The position numbers and the translations under genes were made by a program. Of a stretch of 64,000 bases of DNA, positions 24,851 through 36,560 are shown in pieces. The notes beneath the pieces were generated by a model, which had not been told where the DNA came from, did not search any database, and saw only the letters and a program-made list of their open reading frames with translations. The stretch spans positions 21,576,001 to 21,640,000 of the forward strand of contig CDPCPM010000026.1 in assembly GCA_976551045.1 (NCBI GenBank), given 5' to 3'. Numbering within the stretch: position 1 is the first letter of the stretch; every line of letters begins with the position of its first letter. Origin of the DNA: Glaucostegus cemiculus. Taxonomy: Eukaryota.

Positions 24851-25899
24851 ATACAATATACCCTCCCTATCTCATCACACTGAAGTCACCCCCACCTAAA
24901 TCCAGAGTCTGAGGAGCTATTTGCTCTTTCAAACGCAATGTTGAGCTTAATCACATTATGATCACAATTAGATAAACGTTCATGCACCATTGGGTCGCCG
25001 GTCACATTAAAAAATATTAATATTAAAGTTTAAAAACCATCTTTTACTCAAGTGGTTTGTGCAATATAATTATGCAAACATATCTACTATTTTAATCAAG
25101 CCAGTAATGTATTTAAAATTAACAAGTTAACAACTATATTAGATTTGTAGCTAAAGGAATTTTCTTGGCTTTTACCGCCCATCTTCTTTCTTGCAATGTA
25201 ACTCAATAAAAATACAAATTAAGCATTTTAGTTTTTTAAGTTGTAATAGTAGTTAGACAGAATAGCAGTACTAGAAATCAGAATGTTCTAAAGCATCCTA
25301 CCTTCTGCTTAATGCAGACTGAAACATCCTTGCCCTTAAGCCAGTTAAAATAATTACATTAAATAATACCAAAAAGTAAAAAAAGGTATTAACCACAAAT
25401 ATGTTCATATTAAAAGAAGTTACACATCCTCAAACCAACAATTGTTGCCAGGCTCAGTTATGTGGATGATAATAATCAAGGAACTCCACCAACAGCCCTG
25501 GGGGTTTTATTGCATGTACGATAACCACAAACCTTTTGAATGACTCACATATTTACAAACCAAGACATGTTGAAATCAAAAGAAATGCCACATAACAGAA
25601 TTTGCATCAACACATCAGCCATTACAGTTATGAGCCGGGCAACAACAGGTGAAGCACATGGATCTTTCCAACATCTACGCTGCAACACTGTCTCCATTAG
25701 ATCACTCTGAACAGCTATCTATTAAGGGCAGCTCACTTTGACAGATCACTGGAGGGACAGAACAGCTTCTACCAGTTTTATCCACATGGATCACACTGTG
25801 AGCTATATCATGCCCCCTAAATTGAAACATAAAAATGGATTGAACCAGACAGACCATGCAACACTGATCTAGGCACTGCATTCAGACACTGACCCAGAC

Positions 25900-26560
25900 A
25901 GTCAACCTTGTAAAGCCTTCCTTGTGAACATGTAGGCACTGGTGTCTAAATTTGGAGACTGTCTCACGGACAGGTAAAGCAACTGACTAGCATAATCATA
26001 TGTACAGAACCATAGCCCACAGACAATATGCCAGACTCCTCCATCACAATCCCTAGTACGCCATGTCCCACCAGCAGGATACACCCAACTAAGAGGGTTA
26101 GACTACAGTGTACATTAGAAGGGTGCATAGCTAGGAAATCTCTCAACATTGACTTTAGACCCTTGGAAATCTCACAGCTTCAGGTCAAACACAGGCCAAG
26201 AAACCTCCTCCTGATTGCTGTCTTCCACCTTGTCTCAACTGATGAGTCAGTGGTCTTTCATGTTGAACAACACTTTGAAAGAGCACTTAAGGTAGCAAGG
26301 GCACAGAGTGTATACTGAGTGAGGGACTTCAATGTCCAATGAAGCACCATTATAGTTTGAGTTGGCCAAGTGCTTAAGGACAAACACTGCTGCCAGTCTG
26401 GGTCGATGGCAGGTACCGAGAAAAACAACACGAGAGAGAAATCTGCTTGCATCGATCTTCCTGTGGCAGAAAGGGTTTGTCCATGACCTCACTGGCAGGG
26501 ATAACTACTGCACAATCTTTGTTGGGGCAAGCCCAATTTTCACACCAAGGACACATGCAT
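25900..26560 (+). mobile_element. LINE APE-type endonuclease domain remnant
   Basis: PDSSITIP, EISQLQVKHRPRNLLLI, VEQHFERALKVARAQSVY*VRDFNV (GDFN motif), TTRERNLL (PTR..LD motif), GRDNYCTI (SDH motif). Confidence 0.8.
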
Positions 26561-27225
26561 TACCTTACAAGGGCATCAAATAGAATAGGCTCAGAACAGA
26601 CTGAGCACCTCAAGGATGAGTATTCAGGAGTAGGAATGACAAAAAGTCAACTGAACAGAGAAGAGACAGTTTGGCAGTGCACTAGAGAGGCAAGTTTTAA
26701 ATAGGGCCTTAAAATAAGGAGGGGTACAGAAATAAATAGGCTTACAATTTATGAGCTGCATCTGAATGCTTAAACTTAAAGTTCTCTTAAAATTATCTTT
26801 TATTAGCAAAAAAGTTGTTTTCTCATCATTGCAACCAAATTTAAAGTGTTGTTATGATGCTGTGACTTGAAGTTGAAAGTGCTACAGGGCAAAAGGTGTT
26901 AAGCTGTTGCACAACACAGGTTCTGAAAATGTACTAAATTATCAAATATTTGACTGCTAGAATATTAATTAGAGTTGATCGTATAATACAGTGGTTAGTT
27001 AAAAATATTCTGCCAGATTCTTCTCATACTGGTTTGAGATTGGACCAGATTTATTGGGAACTGCTGACATTTGCCCTCGTGAGTATTAGCAAGTTCTGGA
27101 CTTCCTCACAAATGGAGGAGTCCTGAATATGCTGGCTAAGCACTACTGCCAATGTCATGGCTGCATGCAACTGCTGGACTCCACACAGAGTGCAGCAGTG
27201 GAGCATCAACATGCTGAACTGCCCA

Positions 27226-27328
27226 GTACTTCCTCAATGCACTGTGTAATGAATTGATCTGTATGAACGGTACGCAAGACAAATTTTTCACTGTACCTCG
27301 GTGCAAGTGACAATAATAAACCAATACT
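27226..27328 (+). mobile_element. Free LINE 3' tail (possibly Rex1/Babar type)
   Basis: TGATCTGTATGAACGGTACGCAAGACAAATTTTTCACTGTACCTCGGTGCAAGTGACAATAATAAACCAATAC; resembles the tails of the SINEs at 18766 and 33355. Confidence 0.6.
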
Positions 27329-27908
27329 TATGCTAGAAGAACTGGCTGATCTCTGGGTTCTTTTATTTGAGTGGATAGGAAGAGCTGTGAGGAAGAACGG
27401 CAAGGTTCAACTAATTTACACATTTTTCAAATAATTGTTAGCTTCACTGCTTTTAAATTATTTTGAGTTTAATAACCTTCTTAAAAAAAGTAATCATTTT
27501 TAAATTCTTTTAATTGTCTATGGTTTGATTTTTAATAGTTTTTGAGTGCAGTGAATGCCAAGATATTCAAAAGCATCAAAAAATGACAGCTGGCAGACAG
27601 TAAAGCTGTGTATATGGCTTTGCTGACTGTCAAAATTTTCTTCCAGTTTTTTTTAATGGGTGGGGCTTATGTTGCTCATGACCTTGCTACCATACAGAGC
27701 TTTGTGATTTTGTACCTGGACTCATCTTTTGGCAAATTCCACCTTCCAAATATGAACTGGGTGACTATGCAACTAAAACCCACACCTCCATGCTGAGTAT
27801 AAGTAACCAGACTCACCAAGTGGCAGGCTATTAATGCCTGCTATTTAAAAATCACAGATTAGGATTGCTGAAAGATGGTCAATTACACATGCAGGATCTG
27901 CCCCAACT

Positions 27909-27993
27909 GTTCTGATGAAGAGGCACTGACCTAAAACATTAACTCTGTTTCTCTCTCCACTGATGCTGCCTGACCAGCTGAGTATTTCCAGCC
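27909..27993 (+). mobile_element. Penelope-end remnant with degenerate hammerhead
   Basis: GTT CTGATGA AGAGGCACTGACCT AAAACATT AAC, then CTCTCTCCACTGATGCTGCCTGACCAGCTGAGTATTTCCAGC. Confidence 0.72.
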
Positions 27994-28719
27994 ATTTATA
28001 AGTGCAAATATCTGAGAGTTGCAGTTGACTTTGCCACACTCCACCATTTATTTTTCAAAAAATGGCAGTTTACTCTCTGCTATATCATGGAAAGTCTTCG
28101 ACAAGCATGAAGTTGTTTCATCTCCATGGTAGATCAATAAACATGGCAAGTTAAGTCATGTCAATGCAAATTCAAGTTCTCTTTGAATGATGTGTTAACT
28201 GTTAATTACTATCAATCAACATTGCTGACACTGCAAATTAACTATAACTTGTATGAAGCCTTGTTCTTTCAGATTTTAATTGATGTTGGTGTTTTTTTCC
28301 CAAATGTCAAATATTTAAAAACTTTAATTTATTTTACCTTTTCCTCTTTTCCATCCTAATTCAATCTTTTCCCTTTCTGCATCTGATTTGACATTAAGTA
28401 TACCCACTTAAACTCAGTCCTTGTGTTTACTTCTCAAGTTTTTAAGTTGATTGGTTGAGGAGGTGCACAATTGCTTGTCCAGTTCACTCAAGTCTCTGAT
28501 GCTTTGGTTTCCTCGCTGACCTGTTACCAGCTCATCCCTTCAGCAACTAGCCTTGCAAAAGAATTGAAAACCTGTGCATGCAAGGGCTTGTCTGCCTAAG
28601 GCAGTCAGTATTTGTTGGACTTACACAGCACGTACAAATCCATTGTGTTAACAGGCTGCCCACAGTTGTTGCTCAAGAATAAGAAAAACTAACAATTTAT
28701 AAATTCACACTACTTGATA

Positions 28720-28825
28720 CCTTAAACTCCCTTGCCCTGCATGCTAAATTAGCTGATCTAAAGGCGAGTGCAACACTGGGCTATTATAATTGCCTTTAGT
28801 GCTGCCAGGTTAACGAGAAGGAAAA
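28720..28825 (+). mobile_element. Ancient SINE-like fragment (unclassified)
   Basis: TGCTAAATTAGCTGATCT...ATAATTGCCTTTAGTGC; related GTAGTTAACTGATCTC at ~34416-34431. Confidence 0.35.
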
Positions 28826-30697
28826 GTAATCAAAGAGATTCCTATTACTTACATCTAGATAGTGAGTGAAGGCAGGAAGGTGCAGAAATGTGCAAGTCAG
28901 GTGAGGCTCAGTCATAGTTCTTCAACACCCCTACCCCACCATGAAATATCTTGTCCAGCACTGCACATGGAAGAATGGTCCATGCTGCCAGAGCATGGTC
29001 GGCATTTATGCGATTATACCCCAGCATATATAGAGGGGAGAGAAAGAGAGCAAAACTGGGGTTTTGCCCTAAAGGTGATCCCTCAAAACAAAATTCACGT
29101 ACCCTCTCTGCCTCCCCCACCTATTTAGCATTCTATACCAACAGAATCAGGCCAGACTTTTAAATTCTGATTTATTAATGCTTACGGGTTTTATACAATA
29201 TTTATTGTACCCCAGTTCATATTAAATAGAACAATTTCTGCCTAAGATGCCAGCAGAGGCCGAGTTTGCAGAACTGCCAGCTGTGTAGATGCCCCAAACT
29301 CTCTAACTGCTGCTTCATTACTTGGAAAACATTAAACAACTGTGCATTGGGAGTAGAAAATGAGACTGTTAAACCAACCTGATATAATTCTCATCAACAA
29401 AGGGAAAGAGCACAGATCAATTAAGCCTCCACAGTGTAGCAATGAAGCATATCTGAAGCTGTGAGACTTAAAACAAATTGACTGCACAAGACTCTATTGG
29501 TCTAAGTACAGGAGGAGTGTGTGTGAGCGAAAATGTGGCAGGGGGTGGGGGGTAGGGAAACAGAAAGATGGAGGAAGAGAAAGAAGACTTAATAAAAACA
29601 GATCTCTTTGATGGCTTAAAAGGCCAAGGACTTTTGACAGCTTTTACTATTAAGCCAAGTGAACATGGGATCAAAAAATAAGGAAAGCTGTTATAGAAAC
29701 TATTAACTAATGGTTTTCTACAATAACCCTCAACTGTACAATAGCCATATATACCGCTTCCTGTATTAACTAAATTCAGTCAATATTATATACACCATTA
29801 CTACATGAATCGCAACAGCTCACCTTGAGATTTTCCAATTAATAAAAGTAACCCATTGCCTGAGCAGAGAATGTACTGCTGAACAGTCTATGTGAATAGG
29901 CAGTTAATCAAATGACTAATAGATCACCTTGAGTAAATGTGTTCAATAAAACGTTACTCACAGTATATAATAATGCACTCCTGAAAGAAAAGTAAGTGTA
30001 TCAGGAACACATCTGGAAATATTTCACAACAGAACTGCTGATTTCCTGTGTGCGTGGACCCCTTGAGTAAATATCTTCAATAAAACATTAGACCGATGTT
30101 CATCATAACAATAGCTCCCTGTAGTAAATGGAGTTCACTAAGAATATTTCCGGGTTAAAAAATAATGTTTCTGCTGTACTTTTCTTTGGTGTAATTACAC
30201 GGCAGTTGCTCATAATATATATAAACTAAATATGGTTTTAAAAGAGCATGGCACATGCAAAAATGTGCAACTTCTAAGCGGTCTTCTTAGCTTCCATGTA
30301 CCATTTTTTCCCTGCAATGAAATGCTGGAACATACTTGACATGGTTTGTTTTCTTTCTTTAAAGATCCATCGCCCATTACTCCTCCACCCTGCTCAAGTT
30401 TTGCATACAATCCAGACCTCTCCGGAAAAAAACTTTGAGGTTAATCAACTGAAAGCAGAAAGCTTGCTTTTATTTGGTTATTCTTTTCTCACTAGTTCTC
30501 TCCTTTGTTGAGATACTTCAACAGATTTTCAACTAACTATCTGCTATTTTTGAAATCACTTGATTTCTCTTTCTATTGCCCCCATCTAAATCAACTCATC
30601 AGCAAGTTGAAAGTGTATCTCCATGATTTTTTGCAGGGTTACACTTCCAGAAGGCCATATGATCTCTCTTGCTTGTATTGCTTATGGTCTTCTAATT

Positions 30698-30790
30698 AAA
30701 GGAATCAAGGGATAAGAGATGAGTGAAAGAAAGTGGTGGTGAGGTAAAATATTAGCCAGGATCTTATGGGATGGTGGGGTTGAAAGAGGG
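30698..30790 (+). mobile_element. CR1 3' fragment
   Basis: AAAGGAATCAAGGG...GAGGTAAAATATTAGCCAGGATCTTATGGGATGG; compare 7838-7851. Confidence 0.55.
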
Positions 30791-31942
30791 GGCATTGCAG
30801 AGAGGCCCTTTATAAGCTAAATTTCCAACTGAAGTCATAAGACAGCTATCCAGTGGAGGAATTGTAATTTTCTCTCCTCTAACCAACAGCCTGCTGTAGC
30901 CAATGGCTTTGAACCTACTGCTATCGTAGCACAAACAATTCCACACAGATAAGAGCCCTTCCAGGTTTGTACAGCTCTCCTACTCAATGCATAAGCTCTC
31001 CAGTCTATAATCACAACTTCTGCAAACTGGAATACTGCATTTGGGATTTCTGTACCTTTCAGAGGAAACAGTTGATGGTAATACAAATAGACAAATTTCA
31101 GAAACTATACAGTATCCTTCCATTGTACAGTAACATTTACTCAGGTCATCAGGATATTTCAGATATTTGTAGAGATCCATATTTTATGAAAGCAAACAGT
31201 CAAGGCAATTTCTTTTAATTTGTTTCTATGACTGTTTTTGTCATTATATTCAGTGAAATGTAATTCTGATCATTCCCCCATCTTGCCTCATCTGATACAG
31301 AATATATTTGATCTATTTATTTATCCAGAAGAAACTTAACAAGGCAATTGATTAAACACTTCAGAGCTTGAAAGAAATTTGTACCTGAACATCCACCAAT
31401 CTGATCAGTTCATGAGTACAAATACTCAGCAAAAGTGGGATCTACGCTCCCGAAGATTTATTTTAAGAGAATGATTTGTCAAAATAAACTCTACATTAAT
31501 GAGCCCTGTTTATCCAAAGGAATAGGTGTCTAAATGATAAAGCACATGCATCAAATCAAGAGACTTTGAATCCAAGAAAGAAGATTGTCTTGCTGAAGTT
31601 GATCTTAAAAATAACTTGATTTATCAAACTAATAATAAAAAAATCATATTTAAAATATTTTTTTGGATAGTAGGTTATCAATCATAAAGCACTGCATGAT
31701 AAATCACTAGGCTGAGTGTTTGTGTATTGGTGATTGGAGGGATCCGTGCATGAACTGCTAGATTTTGACCCAGTCCAGAATTCCAGATGTCACTCAGGGT
31801 TGGGCATTGTCATGGAGGGCAATTAATCTCTCTGAAAGAAAATGTCAGAAATCCAGCTGAGGATTGCATGACCCTCCACACTCTTCAAACGTAAATTAAA
31901 CCACAAACTGCATTCAACAGAAAGCACTGGGCCCATTCATCA

Positions 31943-32290
31943 TAGAGTCATAGGGAAGTACTGCACACAAATAGGCCCTTTGGCCTAGCAAGTCTGTGCT
32001 GACCATTAACCACCATTTAAACTAATCCTACATTAATCCCATTTTTAAAAAATTCTCCTCATGTTCCCATCAACTCCCCAGATTATACCATTACTGACAC
32101 ACTAGGGGCAATTTAAAGTGGCCAATTGACCTACCAACCGGGAGGAAACTGGAGAACCTGAGGGAAACCCATGCGGTCACAGGGAGAATGTCCAAAGTCC
32201 ACACAGATAGAACCCGAGGGAGAAGATTGAACCCGGGACTCTAGGGCTATTTAAGACAGCGCCTCTACTAAGCTGCACCACTGTGCCACC
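31943..32290 (-). mobile_element. HE1-like V-SINE with CR1-derived tail
   Basis: Head CACCACTGTGCCACC, B-box ATTGAACCCGGG, V-domain GGGAGGAAACTGGAG..GAAACCCATGCGGTCACAGGGAGAA, tail AGGCCCTTTGGCC. Confidence 0.85.
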
Positions 32291-32885
32291 ATGAAATAAT
32301 GTTTAAATCCTCCATCTGTTTTGTTGCTTGTTGGAAGCAGTAACATCACAAATAAACAAAAATTGATGTCCAGCAATATCACAATGTAAATGGAGTCAGG
32401 AGGTTACCTGTTGGACTGAGTTCTGAGTCTATTATCACAGCGAGGACTAACACGGAATAAGTAACTGGAAACATTCTGTCAAAATAATGGAGATGCTATA
32501 AACAATTCAACCATACAAGTCACTGTTTCAGCTATGTGTGCCTGTGGTACTGCCTCATATAAACATCAAGAACCACTAACAGAATGCCCAGCAACTAATC
32601 AGATCTCAACTGTGCTGTTAAAATTAATTGTGGGCGTCTCATAGCAATGAGAGTTGTTTGGGTGAAAAGAAATCAACCAACAAAGCCGTTGTACTTCCAG
32701 GAGCTCAACTCAGTGAGTTTCTCAACAATTGAAAGTCATTTCTGTTCCGAGTTGAACAGGCAACTTAAGTTCAACCACTTTAAGAAAACGATTGGGATTG
32801 AAACAATTTTGCATTAAATATGATGTAAGTAGAAGCAAACACTCCAGGGGTCAAAAGAAAAGAAAAATGAAACCACTTGTATTTT

Positions 32886-33094
32886 CTCTGGGTTCTCCAG
32901 TTTCCTACCAAACCCAAAGACTAGCAGGATGGCAGATTAATTGGCCCTAATATATAGGTGAATGGTAGACCCTGGGGGATAGTTGATGGGAATGTGGGAA
33001 GAATAAAATGGGATTAATTCAAAATGAGTGCTGCTGGTCAGCATAGACTTGGTGGGTCAGAAGGCCTGTTTCCATGCTCTATGACTCCATGACT
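32886..33094 (+). mobile_element. 5'-truncated HE1-like V-SINE
   Basis: CTGGGTTCTCCAGTTTCCT...AAGGCCTGTTTCCATGCTCTATGACTCCATGACT. Confidence 0.78.
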
Positions 33095-33354
33095 TGAGGA
33101 ACTTACCAAGGACAGTGAAAGTTGAAAGGTGGGCTCACATCAATGAGGGACAAATTTGGTGATTTTGATCAATTGCAAATCAATATTGAAACAGAAACCA
33201 TGGAAATCCATCCCCTTGTTCCGTCAAACTGAACCATTGTGTGTGAGCTGTGAAATACAAGTAATTCCGGAGACCTGTGGTGATTTTAGAAGTCTGGAGG
33301 TGAAGCCTGCTGAGAATGTTGGACAATCAGCAGCAATATTCTAGATTTTAGATC

Positions 33355-33631
33355 GATATCTTTATTAGTCACATGTACAATGAAACACACAGTGAAATAC
33401 ATCTTTTTGCTTAGTGTTCTGGGGACAGCCCATAAGTATCGCCACACTTCTGGCGCCAACATAGCATGACCACAACTTCCTAACCTGTACGTCTTTGGAA
33501 TGTGGGAGAAAACTAGAGCACTCAGAGGAAACCCACACAGACACAGGAAGAACAGGCAAACTCCTTACAGACAGTGGCCAGAATTGAACCCGAGTCACTC
33601 ACGCTGTAAAGCATTATGCTAACCGCTACAC
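33355..33631 (-). mobile_element. V-SINE, same subfamily as 18766-19040
   Basis: Reverse complement aligns with 18766-19040 end to end; the chance ORFs are also alike (VSVWVSS.CSSFL.HS.DVQVRKL). Confidence 0.85.
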
Positions 33632-33934
33632 TTTTTATTTCATGAACGAAGAGGATCTGGAAGTGCCAGGCCACTGGCAACTTTACTGTTCAGTCATTCA
33701 CAACTCTACAAATGGTGAAATATCAACAGAACAAACTGCAGTACCACTGTTTCTAACACTTTATACTTAATTTTACACCCCCCTCACTAATTAAGAAATT
33801 AACATCAGGCATTTTAGTTGTCAGATCGTGTGTTATCTTCCCAGTGAACACCACTGTTCTTGCTGTGATGCTCTGTTATAGAAGAGCAGAGAAGTTTTGT
33901 CAATCCTGCTTTTATTAATTTTGCAGAATTGCTG

Positions 33935-34270
33935 AGAAGTCCATCCCTAATCCCTAAATGTTTCTTGAGAAGGTAGTGGCGAGCAGCCTTCTTGAACCTG
34001 GGTCGTACTTCTGGTGAGGTACTCCTGCACTGGTCTTGGATAAGGTTTTGAGGGATTCAATTCTGGCAACACTGAAGGAATGGCAACATATTTCCAGATC
34101 AGGATGATGTGGGATTTATAGAGGAATGTGAAAGGTGGTGGTGCTCCCTTACACTTAGTGCCCTAGTCTTTCTAAATTGTAAGGTCACAACTTTGGGTAG
34201 TGTTTTCTGAGCAACCATGGAGAGCAACTGCAGATGGCGCAAACAGCAGGTGCAGTGAGCTGCCAATGGT
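33935..34270 (-). mobile_element. 3' end of a non-LTR LINE (CR1/L2 group)
   Basis: CCATCCCTAA...CTTGAGAAGGTAGTGGCGAGCAGCCTTCTTGAACC...ATATTTCCAGATCAGGATG; homologous to 21126-21415. Confidence 0.6.
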
Positions 34271-36425
34271 GGAAGTTAATAAACGAAATATCCAATAAAC
34301 TGGTCTTAGAGCTTTAATGTACTTTAAACTAAATCATTTAAACTCCCATGACAGTTTGGTAGGTATAGGCTATTGAGCTTCAGAGTCATTCAGGTTTGGA
34401 AATCCCAGGGTTGATGTAGTTAACTGATCTCTAAGGGCACTGCATTTGTATGGGCATCAAATGAAGACAGGTTTGGAGTCCACTGCCAAAAATGCTGTTG
34501 ACACTTATTGCCAAGTTCACAGGAGAATAAACCACACTTGGCTAAGAAACCATAGATAAAGATCGCTTCTTCTGTGTGATTAAAATAGAAATACTGTCAT
34601 TGCTAAAACAGAGTTTTTATCCATTGTTTGTTTTGTTTTAACTTCAAAGACAATACTATAGAGGTCAATAATAATCCTCTCACATCAGTTCCAAGAAACC
34701 AACCCCATGGGTCTCCACTGGTTGCCTTCTGGTGCTAGATGACCTTAAAGCAACTCAACCAGCCTATCAATTTAGGAGAAAATATGTGTAACAAGGTACA
34801 GCCATTCATTTCTTTCCTTTAGGAGAAGTAAGAGAGGTACTTGGTAAAATCTGCCCTTCACATTGTTGAGTTACACCACCACCTTTCTGCTGAACATTGG
34901 CCATTTCCAGTCTTGGTAAAATTGGACACAACTGCCAGATTTCATTTGGTAATTGAGAAACCATCACTTTCATCTCCTATTTACAGCTTTCCAGTTCTGG
35001 GAAACATTACCTCATTTACCGAACTGCAAAAAAAATGTGAAGACTGCATAATCTGATATCCTGGGTCAAAGAAGTGAAAATATTTCTTTCTCCTGAAATC
35101 AGCAGCTTTCTTCTGGTGAACGAAAGTATTGACGTGTAGAATATTACTTCAACAAGGTTCCAAACCAATAATTCGGGACTATTATTTGCGTAAAATACAA
35201 TAAAAGGCTATTTTATTTTTTGTGCTGTCATTATTAAGTGAGGAAAGAGCACATATTACCCAGCATACTCATTCTTAACTAATGCGCTCTGACCTAACCT
35301 CTGAATGCTATCAGTTTCCGATATAACATCTCTATTAGGTTGTAAAATAAGTAAATATACTCCTAATGACCCAAGTGCTTAATGATGCTATTGAACAAAT
35401 CAATTCTCTCATTCCCTTTGTCAGTCGCAATCTCTCCTGCCCAGATTTAGCCCTTATCTAATTCTAACAGCGAGGTAGTACATTTGTAACTTTGTAAACC
35501 TGGAACATAATACACAGGCCTATATTTGAGGCCCAATTTCATAACACATTTAAATAAAATATTACTTTGATAATGCGAAATGATTTTTTTTTCCTGTTCT
35601 GGCTATCTTTCATTGCACTATTTCTCGAAAATGCAGGACCCTTTGCAGTTGTCTGCCAGACACTTAATTTTGAGACAGATGAAACAAACTTACAAGATTT
35701 TCTTTAACAACTAGTTCTTGATTGGCTTAGACTTCTGGATGTTTTTGCTTCCCATTTTTCTCTTGATGTCAACATGTGTGATTCTCCTCCATTATGCTGT
35801 CGTAGGTCTACTCCAATCCCCACAGTGGATCAGGGAAAACTCAGCTGATGAGGCCCATCATCTCTTGCACTGGGAATTTTACCCCTCAGTGATGCTGCTT
35901 CTTATCTTTCCATTGCATATCACATTAAATGATGGAATTGAGTGGGATGGTTGTAGTGGGTGTTGGTAGAGGGTGTAAATGGTGAGGAGCAGTTAACTGT
36001 ATCCTCAACAGATTTCCTTTCTGTTTATCCTATCTAGCATTGCTTTCTGTGGCCACCACAGGAAAGAGAGCAACAGGCCCCAGGAAGCAATGATTATGGT
36101 CTTCCCAAAGGAGTGGGTCTTGACCCAGTCACTCTCCATTTTTTCAGGTTCCCAACATGTACCTGCCCATAGCCCTCTTCTTAGCTGAAGTATTCAGATG
36201 GATAGTTGCCCTGATATTTGAGATATTTTCACTAGTTAAGGTCCTTCACCAGTTCAAGTGCTGCATCCACGTCCCCTTAATGGCGCTATCAATAGCTTTC
36301 TGACGAGATCCATCGTGGTGAAACAATACCTGGTGGGAGATCACTGTGGATCTCTCATAAGCCTTAACCCAAAGAACTTGGATAGAGATGGCGAATTTGG
36401 TCCCAAAGAGAACAATTCTGGTTAT

Positions 36426-36560
36426 TCAGAATCAGAATCAGAATCAGTTTTTATTGTCACAACCATATACATACATAGTATGCATAGGAGCGAGATACCG
36501 TCCTCCTCAGGTGCTCGTCCCATAAAATAACATAACAACCAACAGAGACACACATACACA
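36426..36560 (-). mobile_element. Retroelement 3' tail with (TCAGAA)n, sister of 9050-9182
   Basis: TCAGAATCAGAATCAGAATCAGTTTTTATTGTCAC...ATGCATAGGAGCGAGATACCG...AGGTGCTCGTC. Confidence 0.65.

Larger units (their letters stand above)
21440..25000 (-). mobile_element. Old CR1 LINE ORF2 remnant (APE endonuclease end to RT), split by later insertions
   Basis: Minus strand gives VHERLSNCDHNVIKLNIAFE (~24928-24987, SDH motif), QKGFDKVP (~21768-21791) and INNIDEGINSHFPLFANETK (ORF 21421-21642, FADDTK), in the correct order. Confidence 0.7.

Noticed and set aside
33106-33248. Minus-strand splice-site pair
   Set aside because: Stops in all frames, wedged between SINEs, no other support
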